Source: Anaerolineales bacterium (lineage in GTDB: Bacteria; Chloroflexota; Anaerolineae; Anaerolineales; DRMV01). Taken from it: 32,568 nucleotides of DNA. A program made the translations under genes and the position numbers. The stretch lies in assembly GCA_026985785.1 (NCBI GenBank), contig JALSPT010000172.1, forward strand, positions 1 to 32,568, in the 5' to 3' direction. This document shows positions 19,417 to 28,062 of the stretch, in pieces; the first letter of the stretch is position 1, and the number at the start of each line of letters is the position of its first letter. The notes under the pieces are model-generated. The model worked only from the letters and a program-made list of their open reading frames with translations. It ran no database searches and was not told the origin of the DNA.

Positions 19417-19548
19417 TCACTTGATGAGGGTAATCACAAAGGAAAGGATGATCAACGCCCCAATGGCTGCCATCACAATCTGCTGGCGGCGCATAGCACG
19501 CTGCTGAGCCTTGCTCAGTTTGTTCTTCTTGGACTTGCTTTTGGCCAT
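19417..19548 (-). CDS. 43-aa small membrane protein (basic N-terminus, C-terminal TM helix)
   Basis: MAKSKSKKNKLSKAQQRAMRRQQIVMAAIGALIILSFVITLIK. GGAGGTG SD and a TGgTAAAAT -10 upstream. Confidence 0.78.
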   Translation of the reverse strand: MAKSKSKKNKLSKAQQRAMRRQQIVMAAIGALIILSFVITLIK

Positions 19549-19612
19549 AAGACACCTCCGAGGCCGAATTTTACCATGGCGCCTCGGGCGTAGCCCCATC
19601 CACTGCGCAGGG

Positions 19613-19969
19613 TTAGCAAGGAGGGGCTTCTCCAAGATCTCTCAAAATCTGACAGATAGCCCGTTTCAGTACAGGAATATCTTGCTCCGCTGTAGCCCAT
19701 ACGAGATCCACATCTACCCCAAAGTAATCGTGTATCAACTTGTTTCGCATGTCCACAATATCCCGCCACGGCACCGAGTACATCTCCTTCAACTCAGCGG
19801 ACATGCGCTTGGTAGCCTCGCCAATTATCTCCAACTGCCGAATTACCCCATCTTGGAGTAATTCTGCCCTGGTAAACTCTTCCGCTGTCACCCCCGCCAA
19901 ATAGCGCTCTATGCGCTCGATCGCGTCCAAAATGTGCCGCAGGTAAACCCTGTCCTCATGTGTTTTCAT
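19613..19969 (-). CDS. HEPN/DUF86 (HepT-like) ribonuclease toxin
   Basis: [23 protein letters not shown], Rx4HxY motif RNKLIHDY. Confidence 0.92.
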   Translation of the reverse strand: MKTHEDRVYLRHILDAIERIERYLAGVTAEEFTRAELLQDGVIRQLEIIGEATKRMSAELKEMYSVPWRDIVDMRNKLIHDYFGVDVDLVWATAEQDIPVLKRAICQILRDLGEAPPC

Positions 19970-20279
19970 ACATCACCCGCGCCTCGCCAACCACCTGGGA
20001 ACGCATATAGGGGCTGAGTGCCTTCTCGGTCACAAGGTCGACAGGCCTTCCCAACACTTCGGACAACTCCCGTTGCAAACGCACGAGGTGCAACAGAGTC
20101 ACCGGCTCGGTAAATTCTACCAACAAATCTATATCGCTGCCCTTTCCCGCTGAGCCTCGGGCAACTGACCCAAAAACCCGCAACGAGCGCACCCGATAAC
20201 GCCGGCAAATTGCATCAATTTCGCCCGCGTGGGTAGAAAAAAGCATCAGGGAAGATGGTGCAAGGTTGTCGTTGCTCAT
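19956..20279 (-). CDS. Minimal nucleotidyltransferase (MntA-like) antitoxin
   Basis: VFGSVARG...SDIDLLV (GSx10DxD) and RPVDLV. Overlaps the HEPN gene start. ATG 20279 lies 6 nt after TACAAT. Confidence 0.92.
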   Translation of the reverse strand: MSNDNLAPSSLMLFSTHAGEIDAICRRYRVRSLRVFGSVARGSAGKGSDIDLLVEFTEPVTLLHLVRLQRELSEVLGRPVDLVTEKALSPYMRSQVVGEARVMYENT

Positions 20280-20347
20280 GTCTCTATTGTACTCGAAAAA
20301 CCTCACCCTACGGAATCCGCAAAACCCACAACCGGACCGCCCATTTG

Positions 20348-20707
20348 CTACCCCTCGAGCGCCCGTTCCAACTCCTCCAAGACCACCGGTTTGGTGAGAT
20401 AAGCGTTCGCCCCCAGCCCCAACAGGCGCTTGCGCTCGGTTTCGGCAAATTCCGACGTCAGCATGACCACCCGCACGTGCTCCCAGCGGGAGCGGCTGCG
20501 CACAAATTCGAGAAATTCATCCCCGCCCACGTGCGGCATGTTGAGATCCAGCAAGATGACATCGGGGGGCGCCTCTCGCAGCAAGGCTCGCCCAGCAGCC
20601 CGCGGAGAGAGGAAAATGCGGTAGCGCCAGCCCAACAGGCTCAACATCAGCCCAATGGCTTCGGCCATTTCACGATCGTCGTCCACAATCCACGCCACAC
20701 CGGGCAT
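20348..20707 (-). CDS. Single-domain response regulator
   Basis: IVDDD, PDVILLDLNMP, VMLTS, YLTKP. AGGAG SD. Confidence 0.9.
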   Translation of the reverse strand: MPGVAWIVDDDREMAEAIGLMLSLLGWRYRIFLSPRAAGRALLREAPPDVILLDLNMPHVGGDEFLEFVRSRSRWEHVRVVMLTSEFAETERKRLLGLGANAYLTKPVVLEELERALEG

Positions 20708-20808
20708 AAAACTTCTCCTGGGCAGAAGGATACCAGTACCTCAATTGTACTCCAAAGCGTCGTTGGTGTCGGCAGCAGGTCTTGGGTGTTCGCTGGTATA
20801 ATCACGCC

Positions 20809-21306
20809 GTGGTGATTTTACGCGCAGATGCCCTGGAGTTCATCAGCCGTTCAGCGGAGCAAACTCGCCGGCTGGGAATGCGCTTGGGAGCGTGGTTGCA
20901 ACCCGGCGATGTCCTCGCGTTGGAAGGCGACTTAGGCGGCGGCAAAACGACCTTTGTCCAGGGGCTGGTGGCCGGATGGGGTTCAGCCGAGCACGTGGTC
21001 AGCCCGACATTTGTGCTGGTCAACCTCTACCGGCGTGACGACGGCGCGCCTTTCTATCACATGGATGCTTACCGCCTCTCCGGTCCAGCCGAAGCCCTGG
21101 ACTTAGACATTGCTGCCATGTGGGAAGAAGCGCCCCTGGTGGTGGAATGGGCAGACATCATCGCCGAGGCCCTACCGGAAGAGCGGCTCACCATCCGCTT
21201 TGCATGGCTGGGCGAGTTGCAGCGGACGCTGGCCTTCCTGCCCACCGGTGAACGCCCCCGCCATCTGGTTCGTCGGTTGCGGGCAGCCATTTTACGCGGC
21301 CTGTAA
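20809..21306 (+). CDS. tsaE: tRNA t6A biosynthesis ATPase TsaE
   Basis: LEGDLGGGKTTF, SPTFVLV, HMDAYRL, VEWA. GTG start 6 nt after TGgTATAAT. Confidence 0.94.
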   Translation: MVILRADALEFISRSAEQTRRLGMRLGAWLQPGDVLALEGDLGGGKTTFVQGLVAGWGSAEHVVSPTFVLVNLYRRDDGAPFYHMDAYRLSGPAEALDLDIAAMWEEAPLVVEWADIIAEALPEERLTIRFAWLGELQRTLAFLPTGERPRHLVRRLRAAILRGL

Positions 21307-21318
21307 GGAGCAAACGCC

Positions 21319-21993
21319 ATGTTGCTGGCGCTGGACACTTCTACCGAACGCATTGGCGTAGCGCTATACGACGGAACGCGCGTCGTGGCCGAGTGTGCCT
21401 GGCAGGGCGGGCGTCGCCATACGCGCCAACTGGCGCCTCTGATCCACGAAGTGCTAAGTCGCGTCGGCGCGTCAATGGACGAGGTGAGCGGCATTGCCGT
21501 GGCGTTGGGGCCGGGATCGTTTACCGGCCTGCGGATTGGCCTGGCTTTTGCCAAAGGGCTGGCGGTAGGGCGGGGGCTTCCCTTGCTGGGCGTGCCCACG
21601 CTGGACGCGGTGGCCGCTGCCGTGCCGCCGACGTCGGCGTTTCCCACCCTGGCGGCTGTTCTCCCTGCCGGGCGGGGACGGCTGGCTGTGGGCTGGTATC
21701 GGTTGAACGAGGGGACCTGGCAGCCCGGGCAAGCGCCGGAAATCCTGACTGCCGATACCCTGGCACAGCGCATCCACAACCCCACCGTGGTGTGCGGCGA
21801 ACTGCAAGCCGAAGAACGCCGCCGCTTGGCCCGTAAGTACCGCCGCGTGTGGCTTCCCTCACCGGCAACATGCGCCCGCCGCCCGGCCTACGTGGCCGAA
21901 CTCGCCTGGCAGCGTTTGCAAGCCGGAGAGAGCGATCCCGCCGCCACCCTCGCCCCCATCTACCTGCACACCGGCACCCCCATCCCGGCATGA
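21319..21993 (+). CDS. tsaB: tRNA t6A biosynthesis protein TsaB
   Basis: LLALDTS, GPGSFTGLRIG, GVPTL, PIYL. Confidence 0.95.
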   Translation: MLLALDTSTERIGVALYDGTRVVAECAWQGGRRHTRQLAPLIHEVLSRVGASMDEVSGIAVALGPGSFTGLRIGLAFAKGLAVGRGLPLLGVPTLDAVAAAVPPTSAFPTLAAVLPAGRGRLAVGWYRLNEGTWQPGQAPEILTADTLAQRIHNPTVVCGELQAEERRRLARKYRRVWLPSPATCARRPAYVAELAWQRLQAGESDPAATLAPIYLHTGTPIPA

Positions 21994-22463
21994 CGGTTGT
22001 TCGCATTCGCCCGATGCGGGCGGAAGACATCCCCCGCGTGCAGGAAATCGACCGCCTGGCCTTTACCGTCCCCTGGCCGCCCTCGGCCTTCCCTCACGAG
22101 TTGCGCCACAGCCCCCATTCCCGCCTGTGGGTAGCCGAGGTGGATGGCGAAGTGGTGGGGTTTGTGGTCGTGTGGCTGATCGTGGACGAGGCGCATATTG
22201 CCACCATCGCCGTCCACCCCGATTTTCGGCAGCAGGGCATCGCCCGCCGTCTGCTGGAAACCGCCATCCAGTCCGCCAGAGAGGAGGGGGCGGCGCTGGC
22301 CACGCTGGAAGTGCGCGCCGGCAACACCGCCGCCCAAGCGCTTTACCGGCAGATGGGCTTTGCGGTCGTGGGGCGGCGGGCGCGCTATTACACCGACAAC
22401 GGCGAAGACGCGCTGATCATGACGCTCGTATGGCAGCCCGAAGGAGGAACGCATGAACGCTGA
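21990..22463 (+). CDS. rimI: Ribosomal protein S18 alanine N-acetyltransferase
   Basis: EAHIATIAVHPDFRQQG, LEVRAGN..AQALY..GF, RARYY..NGEDA. ATGA overlap with tsaB. Confidence 0.93.
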   Translation: MTVVRIRPMRAEDIPRVQEIDRLAFTVPWPPSAFPHELRHSPHSRLWVAEVDGEVVGFVVVWLIVDEAHIATIAVHPDFRQQGIARRLLETAIQSAREEGAALATLEVRAGNTAAQALYRQMGFAVVGRRARYYTDNGEDALIMTLVWQPEGGTHER

Positions 22464-23088
22464 GCAGATTCTGGCCCAGGTGGCCGAAGAGGTGCGGTCA
22501 TGCCAGCGATGCCCGCTGCATCGGGCGCGCCGCAAAGCCGTGCCGGGGGAAGGCCCGGCGGATGCCGAAATCATGTTCATCGGCGAAGCCCCCGGCTTCC
22601 ACGAAAACGTGCAAGGGCGACCTTTCGTGGGGGCGGCGGGGCAATTCTTGGACGAATTGCTGCACAGCATCGGTTTGCGGCGCGAGGAGGTTTACATTAC
22701 CAACGTCGTCAAATGCCGCCCGCCGGGCAACCGCGACCCTGAACCGGAGGAACTGGCTGCCTGCGAGCCTTACCTCGACCGGCAGATCAAGGCCATCCGT
22801 CCCAAAGTGATCGTCACCTTAGGGCGCTTTTCGATGGCCAAGTTCATCCGCAACGCCAAAATCAGCCAGATCCACGGCAAACCGGTCAAAGTGCGCGGCC
22901 AGTTGGTGGTTCCCATGTACCACCCCGCCGCCGCATTGCACCAACCCTCGCTGCGGCGGGTGGTAGAAGCCGACTTTGCCCGCCTCCCCGACATCATCCG
23001 CCAGGCAGCGGAGATTCCCGAAAGCGTGGAAGAGATCGCCGAGGAAAAACCGTCCAAGGACAAGCCGCAGCAACTTTCGCTGTTTTAG
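22453..23088 (+). CDS. udg: Family-4 (Fe-S) uracil-DNA glycosylase
   Basis: CQRCPL, IGEAPG, GRPFVG, NVVKCRPP.NRDP, YHPAAAL. Confidence 0.94.
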   Translation: MNAEQILAQVAEEVRSCQRCPLHRARRKAVPGEGPADAEIMFIGEAPGFHENVQGRPFVGAAGQFLDELLHSIGLRREEVYITNVVKCRPPGNRDPEPEELAACEPYLDRQIKAIRPKVIVTLGRFSMAKFIRNAKISQIHGKPVKVRGQLVVPMYHPAAALHQPSLRRVVEADFARLPDIIRQAAEIPESVEEIAEEKPSKDKPQQLSLF

Positions 23089-23096
23089 GAGCGGGC

Positions 23097-24071
23097 ATGA
23101 GCGTTTACCTGGTCACCGGCGTGGCCGGTTTCATCGCCTCTCGGGTGGCCGAGATGCTGCTGGCTGCCGGCCACGAAGTCGTAGGCATCGACAACCTCAA
23201 CGACGCCTACGACCGGCGGCTGAAGGAATACCGCCTGCGCCGCCTGGAGGGGCAAACGGGGTTCACCTTCCAGCCGCTGGACGTGACCGACAAAGAGGCC
23301 GTGCTGGCATTGGGCGCGGCGCAGCGGTTCGACGCGGTCTTCAACCTGGCCGCCCGCGCGGGAGTGCGCGCCAGCGTGGAAAACCCGTGGGTTTACATCG
23401 AAACCAACACCACCGGCGCGCTCAACCTGCTGGAAATGTGCCGCCGCAGCGGCGTGCCCAAATTCATCCAGGCGTCCACCTCCAGCCTCTATGGCGAAGG
23501 CAACGCCGTGCCCTACCAGGAAGATGCACCCACCGACCGGGTGCTTTCGCCCTATGCAGCCAGCAAAAAGGCCGCCGAGGCGCTGTGTTACACCTACCAC
23601 CGGCTCTACAGGCTGGACGTCACGGTGTTCCGCTATTTCACGGTGTACGGCCCGGCGGGGCGGCCTGATATGGCACCGTTTCGCTTCATCCAGTGGATTG
23701 CCGAAGGGCGACCGCTGCGGTTGTTTGGCGATGGCTCCCAGTCGCGCGATTTCACCTATGTGGACGACATCGCCCGTGGCACCGTGCTGGGATTGAAGCC
23801 GCTGGGCTACGAAATCATCAACCTGGGGAACGATCGCCCTTACACGGTGCGGGAACTGATTGCGCTCATCGAAGAGGCGCTGGGGCGCAAAGCGCACATC
23901 GTCCACGAGCCGCGCCACCCTGCCGATGTGGAGACCACCTGGGCGAGCATCGAGAAGGCCGAACGGCTGCTGGGCTGGCGGCCTGAGGTGGGTTTGCCGG
24001 AAGGCATCCGGCGCACGGTGGCGTGGTATTTGCAGGAGCGGGAATGGGCAGCACAAGTAGTTACAGGGTAA
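23097..24071 (+). CDS. NAD-dependent nucleotide-sugar epimerase (UDP-glucuronate 4-epimerase-like)
   Basis: TGVAGFIA, GIDNLNDAYD, LAARAGVRAS, YAASK, RYFTVYGP.GRPDMA, RDFTYVDD. Confidence 0.9.
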   Translation: MSVYLVTGVAGFIASRVAEMLLAAGHEVVGIDNLNDAYDRRLKEYRLRRLEGQTGFTFQPLDVTDKEAVLALGAAQRFDAVFNLAARAGVRASVENPWVYIETNTTGALNLLEMCRRSGVPKFIQASTSSLYGEGNAVPYQEDAPTDRVLSPYAASKKAAEALCYTYHRLYRLDVTVFRYFTVYGPAGRPDMAPFRFIQWIAEGRPLRLFGDGSQSRDFTYVDDIARGTVLGLKPLGYEIINLGNDRPYTVRELIALIEEALGRKAHIVHEPRHPADVETTWASIEKAERLLGWRPEVGLPEGIRRTVAWYLQEREWAAQVVTG

Positions 24072-24075
24072 GCCG

Positions 24076-25941
24076 ATGAAAGCATGGTGGGCGCGATTAG
24101 GGGCGCAACGGTGGTTTTGGCGGCTGGTGGCCGGTGCGGCGCTGGGGGCGTATCTCGGCGAGGCGCTTTACTTTGCGCACCACCAGCGCCCGGTGCTGGA
24201 CGAAGGGCTGTACCTTTACAAAGGGTTGCTGTTCGTGCGCGGGGTCTATCGCCCTTTTCAACCCTACGGGCCGTGGACGAACCACATGCCGCTTTCGTTT
24301 CTCATTCCCGGCTATGTGCAGGCGTGGTTTGGGCCGGGGCTGCGGGCGGGGCGATACTTTGCCGTGCTGGTGGGGCTGCTGTTGTGGGTGGGTGTCTGGG
24401 TGCTGACGCGCCGCTTTGCCGGCGAGCGCTGGGCGGCGTGGGCGATGGTGGCTGCGGCGGCCATGCCGATCTGGGCGCGGGTGTACAGCCTGGCGATTTC
24501 GGAAGGGTTGGCTGCAATGCTGTTGGTGTGGAGCGTAGTGGCTGCTCTGCACCCACTTCAGCGCCGCCGCGATGCGGTTTTGGCTGGGTTGCTCAGTGGC
24601 CTTCTGGTCATGACCCGCATCAACATGGCCCCGGTGCCGATCGTGTTGGCTTTTTTCTTTTGGCGACGCCATGGCTGGCGGCGCGCGTTATGGTTTGTGG
24701 TTCCCACGGCTGTAGTAGTTGGTGGCTTGCATGCACTATATTGGCCCGATATTGTGAGGTTGTGGGCAAAGTGGTTGCCTAGAAATCTCTTCCCGGGGCT
24801 GGCAACGTGGCAATGGAGTATTCCTGGAGAACCTGTATGGGCAGGACGGCACGAGTCTTTGATCGCTCGAGTGGATACTGCCGCAGGGTTTTGGCAAACG
24901 TATGCTTTGGCATGGGTAAGTCTTACCTTGGCTACGGTGGTCGCCTTGCGTCCTTTCCGCCGTCCTAAGGAGTGTTTGTTAGGAGCCGCCGCAGTGCGGT
25001 TGGTTGTGCTGCTTTCGTGGTTTTTGGTTTTGCTTCACGCTGCCGCCACTTTGAGCGGCCAAAATTTCCCCGGCCGATTGTTGATCTATGGCGCTTTTTT
25101 TGCGCCATTGGCGCTAATCGCTTTGCCTTTGGGGTTGAGCCTTCCCGACCCCCCTCCCTTCCTGCGTGCAGCCACCCTCGCTGTGGCTGGATTGACAGCG
25201 GTAGCCGTTGGTGTAGGAAATGCTCACACGATCTTGCGAGGCGTTGAAATCGGTAATGCCGCCTTGCAATTTATTCCCTTGGAGGCTGTTGGGCATTGGA
25301 GTCATTGGTTTGTAAGAAGGCTGGTGGGTGCTCCAGGGTGGCGCCACCGCTTGTTGCTTGGTGCCTTCCTGGGAGGAGGGGCTTTTGGGGTTGGTTGGCT
25401 TGTGCGTCGGCGTTATCCGTGGCAACGTTCTGCCTCCGCAGCCGCTGGTTTGATGCTCACCCTCACCCTGCTATCGCCTTTCCCATGGATGAGTGGCTAT
25501 TTTCGAGAGTATGACTGTAGGATTACAGATATGCTCGACCAAACTGAGGTGACGGCATTTGCCTTGCAAAAATATATACCCGAGGGCGTTACCCTCTACT
25601 GGCGGGCTTATTCGCCGGTTGCCCTGCTATACCTGCCATTGAGCGTGCACACCTTCCCCCAGCAGTTCAACGGCATGTATTCTTACCGCCTGGGCGGCGA
25701 CGCCGACGCGCTGGAGCGGCACGGCTTTTGGAATCAGGCTTCGGCGCGCCGCTGGCTGGCACAAAGCGACGTCGCGGTGATCGAAGCACGCTATCTGCCC
25801 ACCAAGGTCACCGACAAGGAAACCTGGCGGACGTTGTTTGCGCGGGCGGGTTTTCGGCGGGTCGGCGCGACGCCGCCCACCGACCCCTGCCACGCAAGCA
25901 CGCAACTTTTGATTTACCGCCCGCTCTCGGCGCGCCCGTGA
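24076..25941 (+). CDS. Polytopic membrane GT-C fold glycosyltransferase (ArnT/PMT_2-like)
   Basis: DEG.Y motif after TM1, HMPL, SE motif (AISEG), TRIN, more than 10 hydrophobic segments, and a soluble C-terminal domain. Confidence 0.7.
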   Translation: MKAWWARLGAQRWFWRLVAGAALGAYLGEALYFAHHQRPVLDEGLYLYKGLLFVRGVYRPFQPYGPWTNHMPLSFLIPGYVQAWFGPGLRAGRYFAVLVGLLLWVGVWVLTRRFAGERWAAWAMVAAAAMPIWARVYSLAISEGLAAMLLVWSVVAALHPLQRRRDAVLAGLLSGLLVMTRINMAPVPIVLAFFFWRRHGWRRALWFVVPTAVVVGGLHALYWPDIVRLWAKWLPRNLFPGLATWQWSIPGEPVWAGRHESLIARVDTAAGFWQTYALAWVSLTLATVVALRPFRRPKECLLGAAAVRLVVLLSWFLVLLHAAATLSGQNFPGRLLIYGAFFAPLALIALPLGLSLPDPPPFLRAATLAVAGLTAVAVGVGNAHTILRGVEIGNAALQFIPLEAVGHWSHWFVRRLVGAPGWRHRLLLGAFLGGGAFGVGWLVRRRYPWQRSASAAAGLMLTLTLLSPFPWMSGYFREYDCRITDMLDQTEVTAFALQKYIPEGVTLYWRAYSPVALLYLPLSVHTFPQQFNGMYSYRLGGDADALERHGFWNQASARRWLAQSDVAVIEARYLPTKVTDKETWRTLFARAGFRRVGATPPTDPCHASTQLLIYRPLSARP

Positions 25942-25958
25942 GGCCGAAGGAGGAAGCG

Positions 25959-26921
25959 ATGACAGTGTTTCTCTCGGTGGTGGTGCCGGTCTACAACGAG
26001 CGGGAAAACTTGCCCTTGTTGCATCAGGCGCTGCAGCAGGCGTTGGCGTCTTGCCGGCGAAGGTGGGAGATTATCCTGGTGGACGACGGCAGCAGCGATG
26101 GCAGCGCTGAGGTGCTGGAGCAACTGGCCGCCGATGACCCGGCGCATGTGCGCGTGGTCTTCCTGCGGCGCAATTTCGGCCAAACGGCGGCCATCGCGGC
26201 GGGGATTGATCATGCCCAGGGGGAAGTGGTGGTGCTGATGGACGCCGATTTGCAAAACGATCCCGCGGACATCCCTTTGCTGCTTGCCAAACTGGAAGAG
26301 GGCTACGATGTGGTCAGCGGCTGGCGGAAAAACCGCCAGGATCCTCTCCTCACCCGCGTGTTGCCCTCGCACCTGGCCAACGTCCTGATTTCGTGGGTGA
26401 CGGGGGTACACCTGCACGACTACGGCTGCACGCTCAAGGCCTACCGCCGCGAAGTGCTGCGCGATTTTCGCCTCTACGGCGAGATGCACCGCTTCATCCC
26501 TGCCTATGCGGCTTCGGTAGGGGCGCGCATCGCCGAGGTCGTGGTGCGTCACCACCCCCGCAAGTTCGGACGCTCCAAATACGGGCTGACCCGCACCCTG
26601 AAGGTAGTGCTCGACCTGTTTACCGTCAAATTCCTGCTGAGTTTCTTCTATAAGCCGATCTATCTCTTCGGCGGGCTGGGGCTGATGCTGATCATCCCCA
26701 GCAGCCTGCTGCTGGTCTTCCTCATCGTGCGGCGCATTTTCTGGCAGGTGGCACTGTTCACTTCGCCGCTGTTCCAACTTAGCCTAATGTTCATCATCTT
26801 AGGCTTTCAATCCATTTTGATGGGGCTGATTGCCGAACTGCTGGTGCGCACCTACCACGAAGCCCAAGGCAAACCGACCTACACCGTGCGGCGGGTGCTC
26901 AATCTGCCTGAGGGGGAGTGA
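25959..26921 (+). CDS. GT2 polyprenol-phosphate glycosyltransferase (ArnC/DPM-like)
   Basis: VVPVYNE, VDDGSSDG, RRNFGQTAA, MDADLQNDP, DYGCTLKAYR, MHRFIP, and two C-terminal TMs. Confidence 0.93.
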   Translation: MTVFLSVVVPVYNERENLPLLHQALQQALASCRRRWEIILVDDGSSDGSAEVLEQLAADDPAHVRVVFLRRNFGQTAAIAAGIDHAQGEVVVLMDADLQNDPADIPLLLAKLEEGYDVVSGWRKNRQDPLLTRVLPSHLANVLISWVTGVHLHDYGCTLKAYRREVLRDFRLYGEMHRFIPAYAASVGARIAEVVVRHHPRKFGRSKYGLTRTLKVVLDLFTVKFLLSFFYKPIYLFGGLGLMLIIPSSLLLVFLIVRRIFWQVALFTSPLFQLSLMFIILGFQSILMGLIAELLVRTYHEAQGKPTYTVRRVLNLPEGE

Positions 26922-26925
26922 ACCG

Positions 26926-28062
26926 ATGCGGGTGCTGGTCCTCAATCCCGAGTACCCCCCCATTGGCGGAGGGGCGGGCAACGCCAGCCGCCACCTGGCC
27001 CAGGCGTTGGCAGCCCAGGGGCATGCGGTGACGGTGTTGACCGCTCATTATCGCGGCCTGTCGCGGCGGGAAGAAGCAAACGGCGTGCAGGTGGTACGCA
27101 TCCTCGCGCTGCGGCGGCGCGCCGACCGCTCGGGTGCGCTGGAGCAGGCGGCCTTCATCCTCAGCGGCCTGGTGCACACCGCCCGCCTGGCGCGCCGGTG
27201 GCGGCCTGACGTCATCCTGGCTTTCTTTGGCGCTCCCAGCGGCATGATTGCCTGGGCGCTGCGTCCCTGGCTGAAAGTGCCTTACGTGGTTGCCTTGCGC
27301 GGCGGCGATGTGCCCGGCTTTCGCCCCTACGATTTTGCCACCTACCACCGCCTCATCGGCCCGCTGCTGAGGCGGGTGTGGCGTGGGGCGGCGGCGGTGG
27401 TGGCCAACAGCCAGGGCCTGCGCGACCTTGCCCGGCGCTTCGACCCGGCGGTGCCCATCCGGGTAATCCCCAACGGCGTGGACGCCCACCGCTTTGCCCC
27501 GCCGGAAGCGCGAGCCTGGACGCCGCCCCGGCTGCTTTTCGTGGGGCGGGTGGTGTATCAGAAAGGGCTGGATGTGTTACTGCAGGCGTTGGCGGGCATT
27601 CCCGACCCGCCGCCCTGGCATCTGACCATTGTGGGCGATGGCCCCTACCGGCCGGCGTTGGAGGCGCTGGCGGAACGGTTGGGGCTGCGTCCGTTCATCA
27701 CTTTCGCAGGGTGGCAGCCGCCGGAACGCATCCCTGCTTTTTACCGGCAGGCCAACCTCTTCGTTTTCCCTTCCCGTGATGAGGGGATGCCCAATGCAGT
27801 GCTGGAAGCCATGGCTGCCGGGCTGCCTGTCGTCGCCAGCCGCATTGCCGGTAACGAGGAGCTGATCACGCCGCAAGTCGGCGTCCTGACACCCAAAGAC
27901 GACCCCGAAATGCTGGCGCGTGCGTTGGATTCGCTGTTTACCGCACCGCCGGAAACCTGGCGGCAGTTGGGGAAAAACGCCCGCCGGCGGGTGTTACAGC
28001 ATTACACCTGGGAAATCACCGCCGGGCAATATGTGGCGCTTTTCCGCGAGGTGGTGGGCTGA
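26926..28062 (+). CDS. GT4 family glycosyltransferase
   Basis: EYPPIGGG, IPNGVD, VGR...KG, EGMPNAVLEAMAAGLPVV. Confidence 0.93.
   Translation: MRVLVLNPEYPPIGGGAGNASRHLAQALAAQGHAVTVLTAHYRGLSRREEANGVQVVRILALRRRADRSGALEQAAFILSGLVHTARLARRWRPDVILAFFGAPSGMIAWALRPWLKVPYVVALRGGDVPGFRPYDFATYHRLIGPLLRRVWRGAAAVVANSQGLRDLARRFDPAVPIRVIPNGVDAHRFAPPEARAWTPPRLLFVGRVVYQKGLDVLLQALAGIPDPPPWHLTIVGDGPYRPALEALAERLGLRPFITFAGWQPPERIPAFYRQANLFVFPSRDEGMPNAVLEAMAAGLPVVASRIAGNEELITPQVGVLTPKDDPEMLARALDSLFTAPPETWRQLGKNARRRVLQHYTWEITAGQYVALFREVVG

Noticed and set aside
19596-19617. CCATCCACTGCGCAGGGTTAG, similar to the MITE target site, as a TA-cassette boundary
   Set aside because: The similarity is short and imperfect in GC-rich DNA, and I found no matching copy at the other end of the cassette.
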